Source: the human T2T-CHM13v2.0 reference genome, Homo sapiens
Strand: one strand, 5' to 3'
DNA length: 64,000 nt
NCBI RefSeq assembly: GCF_009914755.1
Contig: NC_060947.1
Shown: positions 59,429 to 64,000 of the stretch, piece after piece
Layout: every line of letters starts with the position of its first letter
Position numbering within the stretch: position 1 is the stretch's first letter
Translations under genes and position numbers: made by a program
The notes under the pieces: generated by a model
Database searches by the model: none
Told to the model about the DNA's origin: nothing
The model's input: only the letters and a program-made list of their open reading frames with translations

Positions 59429-62332
59429 GAAGGAGTCGATGGGCCTCTTAGGCCGGAAACCTTACAAGCATAGGACCAAGGCAGAAAAGGTCCAGAGGGT
59501 TCATGGTCCTCCGTTCCACCTGAATCCAGCTAGAGAGCGAGCCAGGGGGATAGGTGTGCCCCTCGTCGCCCGTGCGCTGAGGCACTGTCACGCAAAGAGA
59601 CATTCACCTTCCACGTCAACGCACCTTTAAGGGCGAGAGCGGTCCGCCGTGCCCAAGAGGAACGGGATGACATTCAACTGGGACTTGCCTCACCTTGGCT
59701 TGGGGGACCTCGAGAGCGGTCCCGTGGGGGCGGTGTTACTCGTGGTGGTAGAAGTGGAGGGCGTGTCCGGGTACTTGAGTTCATGGGCATCTCTCCCGCC
59801 GCCTCTCAGCCTATCTGCACCATGTCTCACACGTTCAGTTGCAGCTCTTACCGTTTTGAAGGCGCACGTGGGCAAGAAGTCCTGGGCAGCACAAGAAAGT
59901 CAATCACGTTGAGACAGAGAGAGCAGGAGAGGAAGTGGGCCCCAGTAGAAGTGGGCGAGAGAGCGTTGGGTGGGAACGTGGCACGAGAGAGAGAAATTAT
60001 GAGATTGAGAGAGAGAGAGAGAGAGAGAAAGAGAAAGAGAGAGAGAAAGAGAAAGAGACAGAGAAAAGAAACTATGTTGTTTAAAATGCCAGCGGAAAGT
60101 CCATGGGGGTGAAAGAGTCCGGCAATGGCCAGGGAGTTAGCAGCTTGGCGTAGTGTCTTCCCACTGTTTTGTCTGTCTTGAGAATAGCATTCAACGCGAC
60201 TGTGTTCCCGCAGCAGACGTTAGGCCGCTGCCCACGCCTTGAGTGCCGGACGAGGTCAACATAGGCTTTCCGTCACAGAATATGTTTGGGCAGGAAGATC
60301 GGAACACTTGGGGCTGGGCCATCTACCGCTCCCCCACGGCACACACGAGTCGTCAGGGAAATGCCCGCCTCTGTGTGTGTTGTACGTGCAGCCTTCTGGG
60401 CAGAGCCGTGGAGAGTTGGACGTAGGCCAGGTGTGAGGAGGAGAGGTGTGTTTGGGGTGGCCACTGGCTCCCTTCCTGCGTGACGTAGGCTGGCGTGGGC
60501 TCTTCCCCCAGCCCCTTGCCGGTGCTGCCACGTGAGAAGGGCCCGGGTGCCGGTCCCGCTATTCCGGAATTGTGGGTTCACCTGAAGTTTGAGGCCAAAC
60601 CCCCAGCGGTCAGTGGGACGCCAGTCGCCTTTGACCTCTTGGTCAAGCTGGCCTTGCCGTGACCCGTGAGAATGCCCAAGTGCCAATGTGTCCCGGGGGG
60701 CAGGGCCGGGGCTGGGATCCTAGTGTGTGCCCAGTCTCCTTCTCGTCCCTGCGGGTTCCACCATCCTCCCATCCTAACGCATCGTTAGGGATGCGGTTAG
60801 GTCGGGTCCATCCCCAGGGCGGTCCAAGGGGACCGCTTTCTGGTTTGTCAGGAAGGCAGGCTAGTAAGAAGGGTCCCGCCGAGTCCCATCTGCCAAGGAC
60901 AGGGTCCCGCAGGTGGGCCAGGGCTGGCCCAAAGCGGCCGAGATGCTGATCCGCCATGTGCGGGGCGCTGTTGGCGTTTTTTCCTCAGCAAAGGGCGGAG
61001 GGAGTGGACGTGGGGGAAGGGCAGGTGGGCATTTCTGGAGCAATATTGCCATCAAGGGGAACTGGCTTGGCAATCCCGCGCACCCTTCGCTGTGCTCGCC
61101 TGGGGAGGAGTGGCTTGGGACTGTCCTGGGGGACCAGGCAGGACTAGGGCAGGTGCTCGGACGGATCCGAGGTCTCTGGAGGTCCGAGAGAAGCAGGCTC
61201 CGCCGCGGGGTCGGGCGGTGGAAGCCCCAGAGAGAGGCGCCAGGACTAGCTGGACAGCCAGGACGCCGGGCCGTTCCCGGACAGGAAGCCACGGCTCGGG
61301 AGCCTGGTGGCGGCCATGATCTGGGCGGGACCAGCGGAGGCCTCCGCCAGGGAGCCTGGGCTCGGGGCCTTGGGCAGTTTGCCTGGTGCCCCTTCCCGTG
61401 GGAGCAACCGGGGTGACGGCCTAGCTGGGTCCTCGGCCCGGGAGGCTCCGTCGGCCACACTGCACGCCTGCGGTGTGAGGAGGGCCGACTGCCAGTGCTG
61501 AGTTCCGTGGCCATTGGCGCGGGTGCCCGCCGCTGCTGGCCGGCGCCGGGGCGTTCCTCCTTGCGTCCTAGGGAGGAAGGTGGGCCGCGGGGCATCCCGC
61601 GGGGCCCGTACCCAGACGGTTCTTGACGAGGTGGACGCAAGGCCAGGCCCGGCCCGGCCCGGCCCGGCCCGGCCACCCTCAGACGCCGCGCACCCGCCTT
61701 GTTGAGACTTGCCACCCTGTCTTGTTGTGTCCATGTCCCCGAGGTTGTCTTGGAGGCGGGCCGTTCCCCGTGGTGCTCATTTCTGCCTGGGGGCCTTCCG
61801 GGGACCCCGCTTGTCTTTGGGGGTGCGCAGGCCCTTGCCCTGCGATCAGAGGCGCACCGACCGATGAGTTCGGTGGCAAAGCTTGAGAAATGGAGACTCT
61901 CTGGGCATCGGCTAAGGGGGCCCGGGGCCTTCCCAGGCCTGCTGGAGTCCGGGAAGCCGGGGGCACCCAGAAGGAAGGACCCGTCGGACTCTGCCTGGGG
62001 ACAGCCTGCTCCGCGCCAGAAGGGTCCGCTGCTCAGGCAGCATCCCCGTGCCTCTCCTCCAGTGGGTCCCTCAGGTAGAATCGGGGCAGGCCCCACTGGA
62101 CGTGCAGGGAGGAGGCTCGGAGGATGCATCCTTTGCAGGACCCGGTCTGGTACAGCAGCAGACGGAGCCATCTCCCGGGGCTTTCTGGCTTCTCCGAGGG
62201 TGTTCAGGAGTCTCCCAAGTGCACAGGGGCTCGTGCCCAAAGGGTGGAGGTCGGCACCGCTTCGCTCAATTCAGGAGTGGAGAAGGAAGCTAGAGGACCC
62301 TCTGGAGGTGGCAGGTTTAATGTCCTGCTTTT

Positions 62333-62379
<47 letters not shown>

Positions 62380-62404
62380 TTTTGTAATCAACTGAAAGAA
62401 GGCA
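59429..62404 (+). repeat. Monomer 21 (2976 bp)
   Basis: 3' half matches monomer 9 including (TTTA)12; private caataTtg (61046). Confidence 0.95.
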
Positions 62405-62976
62405 GAAGGAGTCGATGGGCCTCTTAGGCCGGAAACCTTACAAGCATAGGACCAAGGCAGAAAAGGTCCAGAGGGTTCATGGTCCTCCGTTCCACCTGAA
62501 TCCAGCTAGAGAGCGAGCCAGGGGGATAGGTGTGCCCCTCGTCGCCCGTGCGCTGAGGCACTGTCACGCAAAGAGACATTCACCTTCCACGTCAACGCAC
62601 CTTTAAGGGCGAGAGCGGTCCGCCGTGCCCAAGAGGAACGGGATGACATTCAACTGGGACTTGCCTCACCTTGGCTTGGGGGACCTCGAGAGCGGTCCCG
62701 TGGGGGCGGTGTTACTCGTGGTGGTAGAAGTGGAGGGCGTGTCCGGGTACTTGAGTTCATGGGCATCTCTCCCGCCGCCTCTCAGCCTATCTGCACCATG
62801 TCTCACACGTTCAGTTGCAGCTCTTACCGTTTTGAAGGCGCACGTGGGCAAGAAGTCCTGGGCAGCACAAGAAAGTCAATCACGTTGAGACAGAGAGAGC
62901 AGGAGAGGAAGTGGGCCCCAGTAGAAGTGGGCGAGAGAGCGTTGGGTGGGAACGTGGCACGAGAGAGAGAAATTAT

Positions 62977-63015
<39 letters not shown>

Positions 63016-64000
63016 AGAGAGAGAGAAAGAGAAAGAGACAGAGAAAAGAAACTATGTTGTTTAAAATGCCAGCGGAAAGTCCATGGGGGTGAAAGAGTCC
63101 GGCAATGGCCAGGGAGTTAGCAGCTTGGCGTAGTGTCTTCCCACTGTTTTGTCTGTCTTGAGAATAGCATTCAACGCGACTGTGTTCCCGCAGCAGACGT
63201 TAGGCCGCTGCCCACGCCTTGAGTGCCGGACGAGGTCAACATAGGCTTTCCGTCACAGAATATGTTTGGGCAGGAAGATCGGAACACTTGGGGCTGGGCC
63301 ATCTACCGCTCCCCCACGGCACACACGAGTCGTCAGGGAAATGCCCGCCTCTGTGTGTGTTGTACGTGCAGCCTTCTGGGCAGAGCCGTGGAGAGTTGGA
63401 CGTAGGCCAGGTGTGAGGAGGAGAGGTGTGTTTGGGGTGGCCACTGGCTCCCTTCCTGCGTGACGTAGGCTGGCGTGGGCTCTTCCCCCAGCCCCTTGCC
63501 GGTGCTGCCACGTGAGAAGGGCCCGGGTGCCGGTCCCGCTATTCCGGAATTGTGGGTTCACCTGAAGTTTGAGGCCAAACCCCCAGCGGTCAGTGGGACG
63601 CCAGTCGCCTTTGACCTCTTGGTCAAGCTGGCCTTGCCGTGACCCGTGAGAATGCCCAAGTGCCAATGTGTCCCGGGGGGCAGGGCCGGGGCTGGGATCC
63701 TAGTGTGTGCCCAGTCTCCTTCTCGTCCCTGCGGGTTCCACCATCCTCCCATCCTAACGCATCGTTAGGGATGCGGTTAGGTCGGGTCCATCCCCAGGGC
63801 GGTCCAAGGGGACCGCTTTCTGGTTTGTCAGGAAGGCAGGCTAGTAAGAAGGGTCCCGCCGAGTCCCATCTGCCAAGGACAGGGTCCCGCAGGTGGGCCA
63901 GGGCTGGCCCAAAGCGGCCGAGATGCTGATCCGCCATGTGCGGGGCGCTGTTGGCGTTTTTTCCTCAGCAAAGGGCGGAGGGAGTGGACGTGGGGGAAGG
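62405..64000 (+). repeat. Monomer 22 (partial, cut by window edge)
   Basis: gagatAG variant; ends at about monomer position 1596. Confidence 0.95.

Larger units (their letters stand above)
1..64000. repeat. DXZ4: DXZ4 macrosatellite tandem array (~3-kb GC-rich monomer, ~21.5 copies in window, extends beyond both edges)
   Basis: Seen: the anchor GAAGGAGTCGATGGGCCTC recurs at 1, 2974, 5954, 8918, 11914, 14890, 17860, 20819, 23780, 26754, 29728, 32710, 35674, 38642, 41618, 44588, 47551, 50512, 53479, 56452, 59429 and 62405, all in the same orientation. Knowledge: the human DXZ4 monomer is ~3 kb, CpG-rich, and contains internal [GGGCC]n, [CT]n and [TAAA]n repeats, all present here on the minus strand. 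Confidence 0.95.
1..64000. ncRNA. Region expected to be crossed by DXZ4-associated lncRNAs (DANT1/DANT2 array-traversing transcripts)
   Basis: Established knowledge only, conditional on the DXZ4 identification. Their promoters flank the array and are not in this window; no transcript boundaries can be read from the sequence. Confidence 0.3.

Noticed and set aside
1-64000. Alternative identities: D4Z4, RS447, CT47, 5S rDNA, U2 or tRNA arrays, herpesvirus (EBV IR1) repeats, CRISPR
   Set aside because: There is no DUX4 homeodomain, USP17, CT47 or EBNA-LP coding sequence, no rRNA, snRNA or tRNA motif, and no repeat-spacer structure. Unit size and the internal simple repeats fit DXZ4.

Overview
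The whole 64-kb window is one uninterrupted head-to-tail tandem array of a GC/CpG-rich ~2.97-kb monomer: 21 full copies of 2959-2996 bp plus a partial 22nd, more than 99% identical. Each monomer carries three internal simple repeats, (GA)n/(CT)n, (GGCCC)4-5/(GGGCC)4-5 and (TTTA)6-13/(TAAA)6-13. That combination with a 3-kb unit matches the human X-linked macrosatellite DXZ4 (Xq23), recognised from its architecture rather than by a database search. No credible protein-coding gene is present: the ORFs are GC-rich artefacts whose lengths change from copy to copy with microsatellite indels. The structure worth attention lies in the variants and non-coding signals: (1) a hidden higher-order duplication in which monomers 2-9a recur as 11-18a at a nine-monomer (~26.75-kb) offset; (2) a chimeric monomer 18 followed by a run of near-identical monomer-1-type units; (3) four-gamete evidence of recombination or conversion within monomers; (4) a near-invariant ~0.9-kb core containing a G4 motif and a hairpin cluster; (5) a minus-strand splice-acceptor / donor / AATAAA cassette in every monomer. 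Monomer boundaries are arbitrary and set in phase with window position 1.
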